Assembly: GCA_038087875.1 (NCBI GenBank)
Contig: CM075994.1
Coordinates: forward strand, 4,030,001-4,094,000
Direction of reading: 5' to 3'
From: Malacoraja senta
Taxonomy: Eukaryota
DNA length: 64,000 nt
Below are positions 1 through 15,900 of the stretch, one piece after another. Under the pieces are notes generated by a model. The model did not search any database and was not told where the DNA came from. It saw only the letters and a list, made by a program, of their open reading frames with translations. A program made the position numbers and the translations under genes. Position 1 is the first letter of the stretch; each line of letters begins with the position of its first letter.

Positions 1-906
1 GTTATTAACTCCATGAAACAGGAAGCTCACAACCGTTTCCACGTGCGCACCATTTATGCTGATTTATGTTGATATCCATTGCAGCGATCCAGTAGTTTTC
101 TTTCTCGCTAATTTTCAGACAGACTTACATCTCAGTATCACTGCCACCAATGGCGATCTGCAGAACTTGCCCCACAATAACCTGTCTACTTTCCTAGCCT
201 AAACCAAAGGGCTTAGATCTTTGAACTCTCTCCAGCGCGTTCTGTCTCCCTCGATAAAGCAATATTTCTAACTTAATAATCTTTTTATTCAATACATCTA
301 CTTCTTTACCCTTTTTCGTCACTATCCTTTTTGAACACTTGCTGCTCAGCAGCACATAATATCCAAATCTGCCCATATTTTCTTATGTTGAGCGTGTTTG
401 TTGAGACCGAAGAAGGGTCTCGAACCCAAACGTGACCCACTCGTTCTCTCTAGAGATACTGCCTGTCCCGCTGAGTTACTCCAGCATTTTGTGTCACTTT
501 TTCTTAACCTCGGTAACTTTGAGATTTTCAACAGTCGTTGCAATGACTAATGATACCAACAATTCTTCCTCAACTGTCACTGATCCTGCTCTCACAGACC
601 AGTCAATTGGTTTCCATTTTGTCTTCATTTCCCCAACGAGTATAAACATCATACTCTCCATAATCATTGAGCATGAAAGCCAAATATGGTATTATGTCTT
701 GTATAGGTTGTATTGCCAAAGAAATTGTTTGTTATTTGTGTTGTACAAACTCCTCTAAACTCGATTCGACATAGTTTTAGTATCGCCCACAGTACATACT
801 GACATGGTGCTTCGTTAGGATGGAATATCTATACAACCAATTCGGGGCCTGCAAATACTTACACAGCAGCTCGTCCTTATTTTTAAAACGTTTGTTTTCG
901 CAACAG

Positions 907-933
907 ATAAGAAGCTACAAGAAGTAGAAACAG
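907..933 (+). CDS. micro-exon 27 nt (x)KKLQEVET
   Basis: ttttcgcaacag|ATAAG...AACAG|gtgaac. Confidence 0.8.
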
Positions 934-3900
934 GTGAACCAGTTATTTCGTTAAATGAAACTGAGAAATAGGTCGCACCTGCAATAGAAACACTCGAGAA
1001 CTGAAAATTTACACAGTCAGCTGTTGAATTGAAGGCTGAGATCTATCAATCATACAGTAGTCTACAAGATGCGAATATCATGCATTGCCAATTAAAGAAA
1101 ACATGGTTATACGGATGGACATATTTCGTATTGAGTTTTCATCTGTTTCATTCAAACATTTTAACCTTCATAACACGAACAGCAATATTATATTTTAAAC
1201 CTTACCTATTGTTGTCCCTTTTTGTTTGAACATTTTAAACAGTAACGATACTTAAATTCCCAAGAAAGCCAGATCATTATAAAATAATATTAAACCTTGC
1301 TTGGAAGAAATAAAACAAAACTGTTCATGTCAATTTTCAGCATTATGTAACATCAATAATAGCATTCCTTATTTCACAATTCCACCTCACCCCTGGATTC
1401 TCCTAAACCTACGTAAGTGTGGTGAGGGCGGTGGGGGGGTGTTGATTGAGTGCTTCCAAATCACATACCATTTTGCATTGGCTACGGATATAAAACTACA
1501 GAGACACTCAGAGGAACACCAGAGGAACATCATAATTTTTTTGTCCTGATGCATGCATTCGTCAAACTATACATTAATTGCGCATTGGAATTAAAGCGAA
1601 ATGTTTAATATAGATTGGTGACCAAGAATCATTTCCCCAAAGCAAAATCATGAAACATATGATGTCTGTAGTAGATGCTAACTTGTTAGACAGCAGGCCC
1701 GGAATCATTTTTTTTAAAATTCAGGTGGAAGGCCAATAGCATTATTTACGGAACGATGTCAAGGAAAGGAGGTTACGAATATATCACTTTGATTTTTAGA
1801 ACTAAGAGATTTAAAAGAAAAGATAAAGGTATCAGGTAAGAAAATCATATGACCAATTTCAAATTATTACTCTTTCAAACTCACTTTCGTGAGACAATTT
1901 CACAGCAGATCAATCTCATGCACACAGCCTGAACAGTGAGCGTGCATGGCGATGTTTGTTACAGCTAGGCAATATTCCTATCTTGCGTCTGCCTCAAACA
2001 ACTTCAAGGCGTCGGTCACGATGCGATAGTGCGTGTTAATTATCGTATATATTATTACTTTGGAAGCTGAGTCGCCTCCATTGCTGTAAAACAAAAACGA
2101 CATTAGTCGTGTGCCGTCACAGGAATATTCAATTTTATTATTTTACCACAGTAATTGTACGATTTTTCATGCACATTTTTCCCAACGCAACCTCAACAAA
2201 ATAATTTCGTATTATTATCTGATAATAATATCTAAAATATATATAATTCCTGGTATGTTGCTCGTAAAAACAGCATATGAAGTCGTTGAATGTTATATTT
2301 TATTTCAGTGCTTTACTTTAAATAACATTTGCCCAATTGTTCTTTTTTTTCTTCTTTCAGCGGATGGATCACTACAGGCGAAATTCAGTAAGTGCCACAT
2401 TATTGTATCTGCGAGTGGGTGAAATTCTACTATTCAATCTCATATATATCGTGGACAATGCGTTCAGTACAAATATGTGAACATCGTGCATACCACATGT
2501 ATTGCAATCCATGAGCAAAATGGACATTTTGTTTTTGTAGATAGTCGTGTTTCGACTTGCAGAAAAGTCTTCCAATTGTTGCAATGAGAGAGTGTCATTC
2601 AACCAACCATACAAGTATCATTGTAGTCGTGTAACCTTAACTTCCATTGCGGCCGGATATTTGCGACCATAATGGACCCGTTAGGTTGATTTCATTTTAC
2701 TCAGACGTTACAATGGAGCCACGCTTCCACGAAGTAGTACAGCTTTGCAATGTCACATTGAATATCAGATGCGAAGCATCGGACCCGCAGCATTTGTGAA
2801 CATTACGCAAAACGAAGTGCAAGTCGCATTTAGGGCATTCAACGTTTGAATAAAAGAGACTTTGGATAGAATATCTACTTCGCAGTGTTCGGCATGCAGG
2901 GGGGCCTATTTGCAATTATTAATATTTCCCTTGGCAGCAATTCAGAGAAATAGCAGACTTTTTAAAAACTGACATTCCATTTCGAAACGCTCCTACTCTA
3001 CTGCCAAGACTGAAACATAACCTCGTTTCTCCGAGACTATTCTGCGTTGAACTGTTTCACATAAAGCAATGGTGATCCAAATTACCAACACAAAAAGAAG
3101 ACGCAAAGTCATGATTCTCAGTTACACATTACTCCATTTACAGCAATTGAAAATTGCCACGTGTTATTTTTAATTGCTCATTTGTTTTTCTTTCTTTAGT
3201 GGAAACACTTATGCAGATGAAAGGTCAGAACAGTTCAAACGCGATATGTGCGAATAAGATAGCAATGACGTTTGTGAAAAAATTGAATACCTCAAACCAA
3301 TATCTTGAACGTTCTTTTTTTTTTTGCTTTATCTAAAATGAACATATAATTCTTTGATTACCGTATCGTATGACATTGATTATGCAATATATAATTACGT
3401 GTGATTTATTTTTAAAAAATTGAAATATTATTCTGTCTGCTGGAATATAGTGTGAACAAATGATTACGTTCATGCAATATTAAACTAGAAACTACCGAGG
3501 TGTCTGGAAGAATAGTTCGGTATGCACAACGTGAGGAGACGAAATGTTTCTGATTTGAAGGTGAAGACCAGTATCTTGAAGCAGAAAGGTCTTTGCGGAA
3601 AATAATACATACACGATGCAATAGGTTTTACATGCGAGGAAAACGTTAGTGTGTATACAATGACGACACTGCAAATCTTGATTTGGGGTGATCAAAAGTG
3701 CAGTTTTGTTTAGCATGAAGATTAGAGAGAGTGGGTGAGAGAAATGTTCGTATATGTTGATAGGCAACTTATTAAAGTTCACAATGGTTTTGCGGAGCTA
3801 GATTATTACGAAGACGGGGGACACGTACACATTAGCCAGCTATAATGGAAATCTAAATTATAAAAACATTCATAATTAAATAGACTCAAGGGATTACTTT

Positions 3901-6900
3901 CGAATCTCGATGGTTCGTGACTGCAACTTGCAAATGTGGTGCAAAGAGAAAATTAATATTTTCACTGTTGCTATGTTAAAATAGGCTGTGCTTCAGCCAG
4001 AGCTAATTCGATTAAATCGTGGATCATAACACTAATTAGATATTTGGAACAGTGTTGTCGTTGTTCATATGGAAATGGAAATCTAAGTTCCGAAGTATAC
4101 TGTAATTACACATCGTCATGCAGCAGCATTGGCAAATTCGTTTCAACGTGTTAAGTTCCAATCTGCAGGTTCAATCTGAAGTTAAAATGTTTCTTAAAAC
4201 TTCACAACTGTCAGCCCTGAACAAAGATTAGCAAATATGATGAACACACGTTTCCTTCCAGTATGTTCCTTACCTTTGAGCTCCGTGCTGCGTAGGTTAC
4301 AACCTCATTCGGTAACGATTTTCGTGTTCCACGACCGAATTCGCAGATTAAATCGTGAACATAAGGTAGAATTGGAAGAAAGGCAAAAACTGACTCGCAC
4401 GTGTTTTGGGAAACATAATCATCAAAATACAATCAGCAATACATCACTGCACTAACAGTGTAATCGATTGTCCTCTTTTCAGAACTGCAAAGAATTAGTC
4501 GACGTTTTGGTATGTAATATAGCACGTCCCCTTCTTGAACACTCGATTGCAATAAGATAAATCCCAATCCATCAAACTATCTTACATGCTTATTACAAAC
4601 ATTACTACTCAACATTAAATATGTTTTCGTCGCTTGGATGCAAAATGCTTCAATGTTTGCTGATCTCGATTAATTTGCTATGACCGGTGCAATAATGACA
4701 TTATAATATGGAAACATTTCATTCAACAAATGAATCACTCATAAACATGTTGCTGCATCCGTGGTAATATTCGGTAACGGAAAATAGAACAATGGCATTG
4801 GAAGATGTTTTCCAACCAATGTATATTTCCTGGTTTGTAAATTAGTCACAAAATATTTCACCACTATATGTTCAATGATAAGATTTTTTCCATTTAGACG
4901 TTAAAAATATTTACATCTACGTGGAGAATTGAAACTAGGGATTGTCTACTTATCTTTTAATAATCTATTGATCTATTGCATGCTGCAATTGCAGAGGACA
5001 ATGTTGAAACAAAGATGAGAGGTAAACCTGCTTTCGGTGTGTTTGTTCATCAGTAGCAGACACAAATATTCCATGGGGCCACCAATGAGATCTGCTACCG
5101 AAGGTTGAAGAACTGTGTTATAAGCAGAAAGCTGCAAATCGTAGTTGTGGGGGATAGAGAATAGAGAGAGTGAGCTATGAATCAGCTCAATTTTCCTCAG
5201 AATCGGAATCGGCCAGTGACCTGAGACGTGAACGTTTTGCCTATCGTTGACACATACATAAGTATTTCTATCACTTTCGTTTATTATTTGCCGCAGACAA
5301 TTATTTTGTTATTTTTCTTTGTGAACGTATTAAGAAAATATATATTTCTGGATGTCAAAGTAAAGTTCTGAAACACCCTCTCCGCCCACCATTCTTTATT
5401 TCTCTCAAAGCAAGTTGCAACCGCCCGCTTCATGTGTTTACTTTTCACAGTCTGGAAAGTGCTGTCAGCGTACGACGTTAAACGATGTATCGGAAACATG
5501 GAAAAGTTTCTCCAACAGTTTGCTGACGCTTGTAACTATGTATTTTGTATAAGAAAGATTTATAAACAATAGCCCAGTTTAAATTTCCAGTTTGGAATTC
5601 ATTGACGATTCAGCGTGTTATGATCTCTTGGTTAATTCCTATCAGTCGCAACGCACTCAGCTTAATTTCACATTCCAACAGTTTGAGACTTCCTTTACCA
5701 TCATCCATTGCTGACTTAACCGCCGAACTTCCAAACAGCTGAACGCACCAGCTAAATGCTGAAATTTGAAGATCTGAATCTATGAAATGTACTTGTTCCT
5801 CATTTACAACTTTTTTAAAGTTCCACGTAGGAACAAACGTTTATAGAAGCAACAGGCAGAAAATTATGAACCCTCATTTTATATAAATCGTAAAACAGTA
5901 CTGTTGAAGATCATTAGTCTTTGTAATGTTTTGCAGAAATTGAATCGCTGAATATGGCACTGCAGAGCGTAGGTGAGGCGAAATTTTCTTTAGATAGCTA
6001 AAAAGCAACACTACAAAATTGATTTATACTACGATAAAATGTGAAAATTAAATTGACACTGCATTAAGTCTAGCTATTCACTTTAAATTGCGACTGGATC
6101 TGGAGTAATTAAATCATTACGGTTTAGTATATTAAAGAGACCAAAACTCACATTTTAATCAAACTAGGTTCTGCCATTCAAAAGAATAAAATAACATTTG
6201 TCAATTAATGAATCCGTGCTTCATTAAGCTTCGCAACCTTCTATGAGTTTATTTAGTCCCTCGCCGCAGGATATTTCTGCCCAGCCACTGCACTTAACAA
6301 AGGCGCATGCCATCTTCAACTTACTTCAACATTCTACCTGTAAGACTCAGGCGTGCTATAAGTAGACCTACGGGGAAGATGTCACCAATGATTCTGCACG
6401 CAATCACCAAATACAAAATGAGTGCATTTCAGCCACACAATTGTCTGCGTAATGTGTACCAACACGTTTACTTGTGGCACTTTCAATATTCAAATTGATT
6501 ACATTTCCTTATATCGAGTCATGAATAATAATGTGCTAATCTTAGTCACATTACAGAATCATATACTTTGTTATGCATCGCTTTCCAAATGTTTTTTTCA
6601 ATGCAAACATATGATGCAATAATCTGGTAATCTATCAATATAAAGTAATCGATAATGTCAGCAATTTTAACTAATCGTCACTGTTCCTTCCAAGAAACTA
6701 AATTGCGCCAGAAAGAAGCAGGTGAGTACTCGAAATATATAAAATAATCGTTGTATAATTTGCACCACTTCTTCAAAATGTCTGAATTCATTCATTGTTT
6801 ATAATGATACCTACAATACCTTTATGTCTCTGGGGCAATTGATCGTTGCGACTGTTATACTGTGATATCACTGTAGCTGCAATGTAACAGTGCGTTCGTA

Positions 6901-9900
6901 ATTAATATCATTTTAGAACTGGACACAAAATGTAAAACTCCTGGTGAGTAATTGTGTGATGATTTGTACGAACTGGATGAAGACTATGAATGTATTGTAT
7001 GTACTTATTATGTTTGTACCCACTAGAAACAAGGAACGAATTACGTTATTCGCAACTTGATGTACGATTTAACGTATGCTATTATCACCACTGAATACAT
7101 GCACTCACCTTTGGAAAATTGCAAAGCGCGGCGACAATATAGTTTGCATCAGAACCACTGATGAAAGGTAATGCATGTCAGTTCAGCATGGATTCTTAAT
7201 CCCTTTATTGCAATGTGCAAGTTGGCAGAACATTGGAGATCAGAACAAATGTGTGTTTTCTTCTAACGTTGAACATGGCAATAGATGGCCCATTTATCAT
7301 CTGGTTCATTGAATTTGTTAACTGTACGCTCAATCTAATCCTCTGAAGGTATGAACGGTGGATTGTCTGAATACATTAGATCATCAAGCACCAATTTATA
7401 ATATGTCACGAATTGCAAATGTTCTTGCCATATTCACGCCATCGACCCCTCACAGTTTCTACAGCGCATCTAAACATTAAAACTACTTTGCACCTGCCAA
7501 TTAATCTACATACTACCGTCTTTCGGCTGTGAGGAAAACACCCGAATATACATTGGAAGGCGATATCTTGTAGTGTGTCCCAGTCAACTGCACACACAGA
7601 GCACCCGAAATCAAGATTGAACCCTGGTCGCAGCGGAGTGAGGCTGTCGTTCTATCACCTTCGCCGCTCTTTCGCTCTGTCAGTAAAGCTAGTGCGGGGA
7701 TGTTGATGAATTATTTCCCATCAGGTATGAAGATTAGAGCCGGGGATACGTTCCCAACTTGAAAATGGCTTCTAGGTTTTTCATCCAGACCGCTGCATTT
7801 CGAACAACTTGACTTCTCTGCTCGGAAATATTATTTTTTAAACATATTAATCCTCATCAGATGGGAAAAAGTCTCTTGAATTTAATGTGATCTCTGAACG
7901 ATGAAAGATGCTTTCTCAGATCTTGATTTCAGTGGTTGCCTCGACGTTGTACTGGCCAGTCGCAGATCGATACTGTTCATACATAGCCCCTTAGATCTTG
8001 CATGCTGATGCCGACTCCACGTACTAAATTTTATTCCCATTTAATGGTTCTTTATCTTAGGTTAAATCCTTTATTCGATGGAAGGCAAATTGATACACGA
8101 GTTCAAGATTTCCATTCATACCGCAAAGTGATTTACTGCGATTTAGAATTAGGCACTAAAAAATAATAATAATTTTACCTCTAAAAGTATATCGTAGCTC
8201 GAATATCCCGACATTGGTAACAGTTGCAGAGTGATATTTACTTTCACAATCAGCTATATTTCAGGTTTCATTCTGTCATTATCATTTGCTTGTATTCTTA
8301 TTTTTGCCGCGCAGATGAAAGAACGACTGATCTCAGAAACGGTAAAATAAATTGCACTTCCGAAAAGAAACAATGAATTATCTTTACGCTCGTAATCATT
8401 GTTTCATAAGTTAATTTTGCTCGGTTTTCCATCTGCATATTTTATACATATATCAATTGCATGTAATTGCATACTAAAATTCTTATTGAAGAGTTGATAA
8501 AATGTTCTCCTTTTTTAAAAACAGAACTTGACCAGCTTCGCCAAAGCAATAGTTAGTATAAAAGTCAAACTCTTTTTGATTCATCTATTTAATGTGAAAA
8601 TAGATTTCATATGCGAAAGTGTGTATGGGATGTTATGGAGTGGACAAAACGGTCTGCGTGTGTCATTATGCAAGTACTTTAATTTTCTCTTTAGTATCAT
8701 TAATTACTATGCAAACATCTGTAACTGAATGATGTTTGCTTCTGCCATGGACATGCAAATTACATAATTCTGGCCGAAAGTTGATTATGACGGTAACATA
8801 TTATGTTATCCTCGGGTTAATACTTCCACCATTATTATATTTCGCGTTTATGGAAAATATGTTTTACAATAAATGGTGCGATATTCTCTGCTTCATAACA
8901 TTCCCATATGTTCACCAGAAGAAATGATCAACCAGAAGAACATCTGAGAGACAATTCACTCAAATTGATACTCACCCTTCCAGCCAAATAAACATAAATA
9001 TTTCCCTAGATTCGTGAAGAATTGCTGGATTATGTTATTATTTATTTCTGCAGAGGATATGCTAGAGAAAAAAGACAAAGGTAAGTTACTCTTGTGTCGT
9101 ACAGCAAACTCGAAAAATTTGTCTTTCCCGAAATATTCTTGTCGACTTAGCATTATGCAAATTCACTTATGTATTTGCCTTTAAACTAACAGATTGAAAA
9201 TTAAATTATTCAGGAACGGTTTGCATTAATGTGTAAACTGCAAATAATAAATACATGTTTAATCTGGAGGATCCGGGGTAGATCGATTGCGCAGAATCGT
9301 ATAATCTTCGATAAAGATCATTTAACTTACCCTGAACATCACCCCGTGATTTTATTCATCCAAAAGCATCATGCCAATTTCATCGGCACGACGTGACCAG
9401 TTTTACTTATGAAGAAACATGGCATGAATGAAAATGATACATTATTTCAGGGGATTGTGGTTATTTGCCGATACGCATTAGATTTAATAAATACATGAAT
9501 TGGGAATACAGGCTAGCGTTGCACATAATAAGCAAGATCGGTATTCCGAAAAACACAAGGAATCATGGGATTTGGCAAAGGCCATTCGCCATAAAGAAAA
9601 AGCAAACTAAGCACTGGCTGAAGAAACTGTGCATACGTTATTATTTTTATTCATAATTTATGCGTAAAAATATATTTAATCTGAGGAACGGGGGGTGCCG
9701 TGTGGTCACATTATAGGGAAATTAAGATGTTCCAGACTGAAACACAACAATGATAGTTTCTGAGTCGAATTTCACTGTTCTGTTAATGTCAAGGCAATGG
9801 AATTCTTCAGCCTCATCTATGAATACGAATGAGCAATAAAATTCTCGATTCCAGAGAGACTGCCATAAATGGTCAACTCCTCACCCCCCAAAGGAACAGG

Positions 9901-12900
9901 TAGCGAGATAGCGGGTGTAACAGCGAGAGAGATGGGGCAGATGCGAGTGGGAGACCGGAGTGAGCGCGCACACAGACCCGCGCCTCATCCGCAGCCAGGA
10001 TCGAACCCGGGTCCCCAACGCCGCAAGCTCGTTTATTAAAGGTCCTTGTATTATAATATCACACGTCAAAATTTTGAAGTTTTCCAAGGGCGTTACCCTG
10101 CTGTGCGTTCTGACACATGGCAGAATGTATTTAACAAATAAAATGATCAATATAGATTTGGCCACGTGCATCTCAGTTTCATGAAGTTGTGTTCTATTTG
10201 TCAGCTTAGCAATCCAGAAAGCTATCTTCAGAAACATTGAATGATAGCTATGAAATGGATTTAATATTTCCGAAAGGATCAAGCGGAAATTTGGCACTTC
10301 ATGCCGTTTCTCTTCTCATATATTCTAGAGTTGGAAACTCTGCGATCAACTCTGCATGATACAGGTGATTAAGCAAGAAATACTTAACTACTTGTTGTGA
10401 GATCATAATCATGAAATATTATTGGAACCAGTTTATTCCGGTGGCATGACGTCTCTTCAGTTGTTTGACATAACAGTTCAATAATTCCAAGAAACTTCTT
10501 GCTCTTTACATATTTTTTCACATCCTCATAATGCCACGTCACCTTTGTTTGTTCCATGCAGGACCACTGAATAGTCCCATTGCCGAATAGCACAACAGCC
10601 AGAGATCTAGAAAAGCATCGAGACAGTGTAAACTGCAGTTGATAAATCTTGTACCAGAAAAACATGTAATTATTTTGAGATAACCAAACTTGACACCGCA
10701 GGGGGTGATTTTCTGGTTTCGATTGAAATATGGCATCCTCAAGTGAAACAGGAATTTGATATGTGCAGTTTTTTCTCTGGTTGGTCAAATAATACGTGTT
10801 GTATTCCACAAGTATTGTTAATAAACCTCAACATTTTAAGTGTTGTGTGGATGATTTTGATGAATGCGTGAACTGCGTTTTGCTAATTTGGCTGATAACA
10901 TAAAGAAACTTAAGTTAGTGGGAGAAACGTCTGAAAAAAGACTAACTCCGGAAGAAGAGAAAACGTCCCATTTAGCAGGATAGTATTTGACGAAGAATCG
11001 TGCCACGCAAATAGTGATAAACTGCAGTTCCGAGAAGGGTAGTGCTCTGGGTATTCTAATGCGTGACTTCTATACCAGCTATTATGCAGCTGCTTGTATT
11101 TTACGAAGCTAAAATTATGCTACAATATATTGCTCGCGGTATTGAATATGAATCATGGATAGATGCACGGAATCTCTTGTCCAGAGTATGGGAATCGAGG
11201 ACCAGAGGACATAGGTTCAAGATGAAGGGGAAAACATTGAATAGGAATCTGAGGGTTGTAACTTTACAAAAAGTATCACACAAAGGGTTGTGGGTGCATG
11301 GAACAAGCTGCGAGAGGAGGTAGTTGAGGCTGGGACTATCCCAATGTTTAGGAAACAGTGAGACAGGTACATGAATAGGACATGTTTGAAGGGATAAATA
11401 GCAAGCGCAGGGAGGTGGGACTATTGTAGCTGAAACATGTTGGTCGGTGTGGGAATGTTGGGCCGAAGGGCCTGTTTCCACACTGTAGCTCTCTGTGAAT
11501 GTAAAGTCGTAATGTTTCCGATTAATAGCACGTTAGTGAGATAAAATCTGAAGTAACTTATCGAGCTCTTTGTTGGACGATTGATGGAAATGTACTGAAA
11601 GCTGCTCAAGGGAAATTCACTGGACCAATATATCTGTCATAAACCTGATATACGAGAGGTCATTCTGGTATGCCCGGGTATTTAGAACAAAGTGGGGTTG
11701 ATAGAAACAGGTAATATCGTGTCGGGTCTTCAATGAGATTGCAATATATATTTCCTCCAGTTCGAAAATATACATGAATCCATTGCATAATAAGAATGTT
11801 CTGCTTTAATATTGGGATGACGTTAATTATTTATCTCAAGTGTTGCGAATTTTCAGAACTCTCTTTCTCAATAGTCGACCTATGGGATTTAAATATGTGT
11901 AAGCAGCAGAAGAAACGTATTTGATATGCAAGTGCGAAATAGATTTTGCGCATAAACAAGAATCATCAGTTGGCGCAACCGCTCAAGGGGCAGAAGCCCA
12001 TGCCCGCTCATAGTATGTATAGCTATGTAACCTACAATCAGTTGAAACATTGACTTTATTCATTAATGTTGTGGCGTAAGTGCATTGCAAGAAAAAAAAC
12101 CAATAGTCACAATTCCCATAAAAACAATATATCCAATTAACTGACTACAAGCTATTCATGACTAACTCGATCAGAACAGTTCGGTGTAGCACAGCTGTAT
12201 GGATCGCGAGAGCATTGACAGAATGCCCTTCGAGCACATATCTTATCTACGGTGCATCTTTGGAATTTTATTGCAATAACTCCAAACAAGTGGGGGTCGT
12301 AGCTGGAGAAAGATGTCATGCGTCTTACACTTTATTTTACAGTCGTAAAACTGTAACAAAGAAATACTGAAAAATAAGTCATAATTCTGCTCTTCCGATG
12401 AGACAATCTCTGTTATTGGCTGGAAAAAACAAGAGAGCAAAGGCTCGTCGACTTCAAAGCAGCGTTAAAGTTAAACACTGACGCGACCACCCCTCTTGAT
12501 TTATTCAGTCCAAGGCCTCACATCATTGCGGATAAATATAATAGCAAAATTAAACATCATATGTTCATGGGCATAATGTGTTGCGTTGAATATAACTTGA
12601 AAAATATTGCACATATTCAAAGATGACTTGGAAATAGCTGCGTACTTTTCTGCGTGTGCCTTTGGAATGTAAACAATCTCCCTTCGAAATTACTTTCACT
12701 TTTGATCTGTTGATATACAGGTGTTAGAATTACTTCGTCTTATAAATAATGATCTACAAAAAATAGGAGTCGACCTGAGCGGCTTTTAATAAGTAATTAA
12801 ATGCTGATAGTGCAAACATTAATATGAAATAACTCGTTTTTCAATAGAAGCGAAATTGGGCAAAAAAGAAGAAGGTATATTATGCGCAAATTTGGATTAT

Positions 12901-15900
12901 TAAACGCGGATTGAAGAATGTTGATCTATGTATTACTTTTAAATCAAACATTTTCAAAAAAAATTCCAAATCTGCTATATAATTGTTATTACTGAATATT
13001 TTAATTCTTTAGATCAGCACGAACAGTGCTCAATCAATGGTGAGTAATGCGTAACGTCGTTTATAAGAATACAGGTTGTAAGAATGTCATATGCTCTTCG
13101 GAGGCATCTATAAACATCGAGAATAAGATTTAAATTCCTACATTTTTTTATGCCGCAGTTACCTTTGGAGACTGCAAGTGAACACATACCATTCCCTGCA
13201 GGTTCTGGTCAGATCTATTTGCAGATAGATTGGCGTCAATATTCCATATTCACCCTTAGCTTTTTTTACATTTCATCATCGCAACACATCTCATTTTCAA
13301 TCCAAAAACTAACTAAATGTAAATTGGTGCATTGGTGTTTTATAATACATATTCCCCGTGTTCAGCTCTTTCGGTTCACCCAGATAATACCAACGTTATA
13401 GATGCACTGGAATGCAATGTCTACTGTTTTATGTCCATGATTATTTATGGAATCATAATTTCTAATTTATTTTCAGCACAATCGCTTAACGTGGGTAAGA
13501 TAAACGAAAATATTTACAGAAAAATAATTGTGCTTTCAAACAGGCACACGAGAGATCGGGTACTATGGCAACAACAATTCCACTGTATAAAATGTTTCAA
13601 ACCATGAGATTTGTATGCCCATCAAAATTAGAAAAAACAACAATGAAAAATTCCAAACGTTTCTAGTAGATTGGTGAGAAAATCTAAGCAGATTCGGTGG
13701 CGAAAGACCCTCTTAGAAGATACGCGCTGATCTGTTATTTGCAGCATTTTCATTTTCATTTTCGATTTCAAAGTCACATTATTTCAAAAGTAGGATGTAC
13801 CATTTGCCAATAAACACATATGATTCTGTTTGATGTTTCTTTCTGGGCAGATATCTAGGAATATAACGTTTTGTGAATGATGTAGCAATATGCCGTGAAG
13901 TGTTTGGCTCATATGTTTTTAATGAATTCCAAAAAAAGCAACCGTTGGCCGTCGAAATGTCGATAAGAATATAGGCACAATAATAATTCTTCTCATGCCT
14001 AAAATTTCTACCGGTGTGGTTATTCATATTTCTAACCAAGATCTGCGGTAGATTTAGCGATAGTCAAGAACATGTTCCGCTTTACAATGGAGATTATATT
14101 ACTTCTGGTTCCGCTAAGGAAGAACGCGGTAGGTCTAGTTTCGCCTTTAAAATAAAACCTTGACATTTTGCGCCACTCGTTCACGGAAAGTGGACGTATA
14201 CATTCCTATATTATATTCACATTGCAGTATAGTCAGTTGAGAGTTAAATATATGTTGTGGTCTGGGGATCTTATACGGACACGGAGAAAAACTTCCATCG
14301 ATATGGCTTTTCAATGCAATTAATTATACGATAAAATAACACGGCGCTTGCAAAGAATCCGAATTCATTGACCGAATGTAATTTTTTATACTGGGAAACA
14401 AATTCGATCGTGGACCAAAAATACTAATATTTTATAGTGTTCCACCATGCAATATGAACATTCGTAGTTCCCAAGTTCTTCGTTGGATCTAATGCCTGGT
14501 CAGTCGCATTTAATCTTCGATCAGAGCTATAAATTTCCAACCACACAACTTCCTTCGATTGGGTATTTTGTTGTCCTATACCACAGCAAATATAAAATAA
14601 AGGCGTGAACTTTTTCTTGCTTACAGAAAATGAAACTCTACAGATAAAACTCGGTAATGTACAATACCATTCGTAATGTTCAAGTACTGTAACCTAACCA
14701 TGTTCTTGTTATTTGCAATGCAACTTCCCTCCGTTCAAAATATGAAGAAAAATCACCGGAAGCTACAATCCGTATTAAAGATCTGCATTTCAATTCATGG
14801 AAAAGAAATTGAGATGACGTAATTTATGAATCTCTTCACCTAAACTAACGTCTCGTTGAAGATGAGACAAAATTCACTACCAATATACCAGTGACTTGCT
14901 TTCTTCAATTTGCTGCAAAGATACTTCAAATGATTTTTTTCGGTTACAAGACAACTGGAAAATACAACATACAACAAAGAAGTGCACAGCGCAGAAATAG
15001 GCCCATCGGCCCATAATGCATATATCGACGTGATGCAGTTAAATTAATATGTTTAAACGCTGCACGTGGTTTGTATTCCTCAATTCCACAAATATCCATG
15101 GCCCTCTCCAGTATCCTCTTAAATGCCACTCTCGTATTTACATCCAGCACCGCACTCGACAGTGCGTTTCCGGCACTCGCCACATTCTGTGTAAACAAAA
15201 CATGCCCCGCACATCTGCTTTAAAGCTTTCCCCTTGCATAAAGCTACGCCTCCAATCCCTGACATATTCACCTCGGAAAAAAGGCCCCGATTGTTCTAAC
15301 AACGTACAGTAAGTAATCAGTAAACACAATCTGTTTCCAATCTGAACTGGAAATAAAACCAACTTCTAACATCCAGTGAAAACATAACTACGACAATATA
15401 GACACACACGTTTTTGGATTGTTTTAATTGAACTGTGGACGTCATGGAGTCCAAGAAATGTAATCAGGCTTTGGAAAATAATCAACAATAATCACCAATC
15501 ATAAAGGCATGCAGATGAGATCCACTTAGCTGCTGTATTTCGGGGATCCTCAATATATTTTTTCTCTTAGGATTCGAACATTTTGAATTATAATTCATAG
15601 AATCTGCGTACCATTATGTCTGTATCTGCGGAACTTCTAATTCGTAACTTATAGTACAGATTTAGCAGATAACTATTAAAATATCTCGTTCATTGCGATA
15701 TTTCTGAAATGAAGGTAATTGGAAGGTACTGTCCATATATCTAAATCTGCAGACTAAATTGATGCATTGCACAGATTCCATTAAAAATAATCCAAAGTTA
15801 TCAATTGTTCCACGGACGAAATATGCTTTAAGGCATCAAAATACCATCGTAGTTGCTCATCCCTGAGTATCTTATTGACAGTGGGCACTGGCTAGAATGT

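Noticed and set aside
10000-10020. tRNA B-box-like motif on the minus strand
   Set aside because: No cloverleaf; SINE-derived fragment rather than a tRNA gene.
11686-11710. tttag|...AACAG|gtaat candidate exon
   Set aside because: 25 nt, poor pyrimidine tract, at the edge of a decayed CR1.
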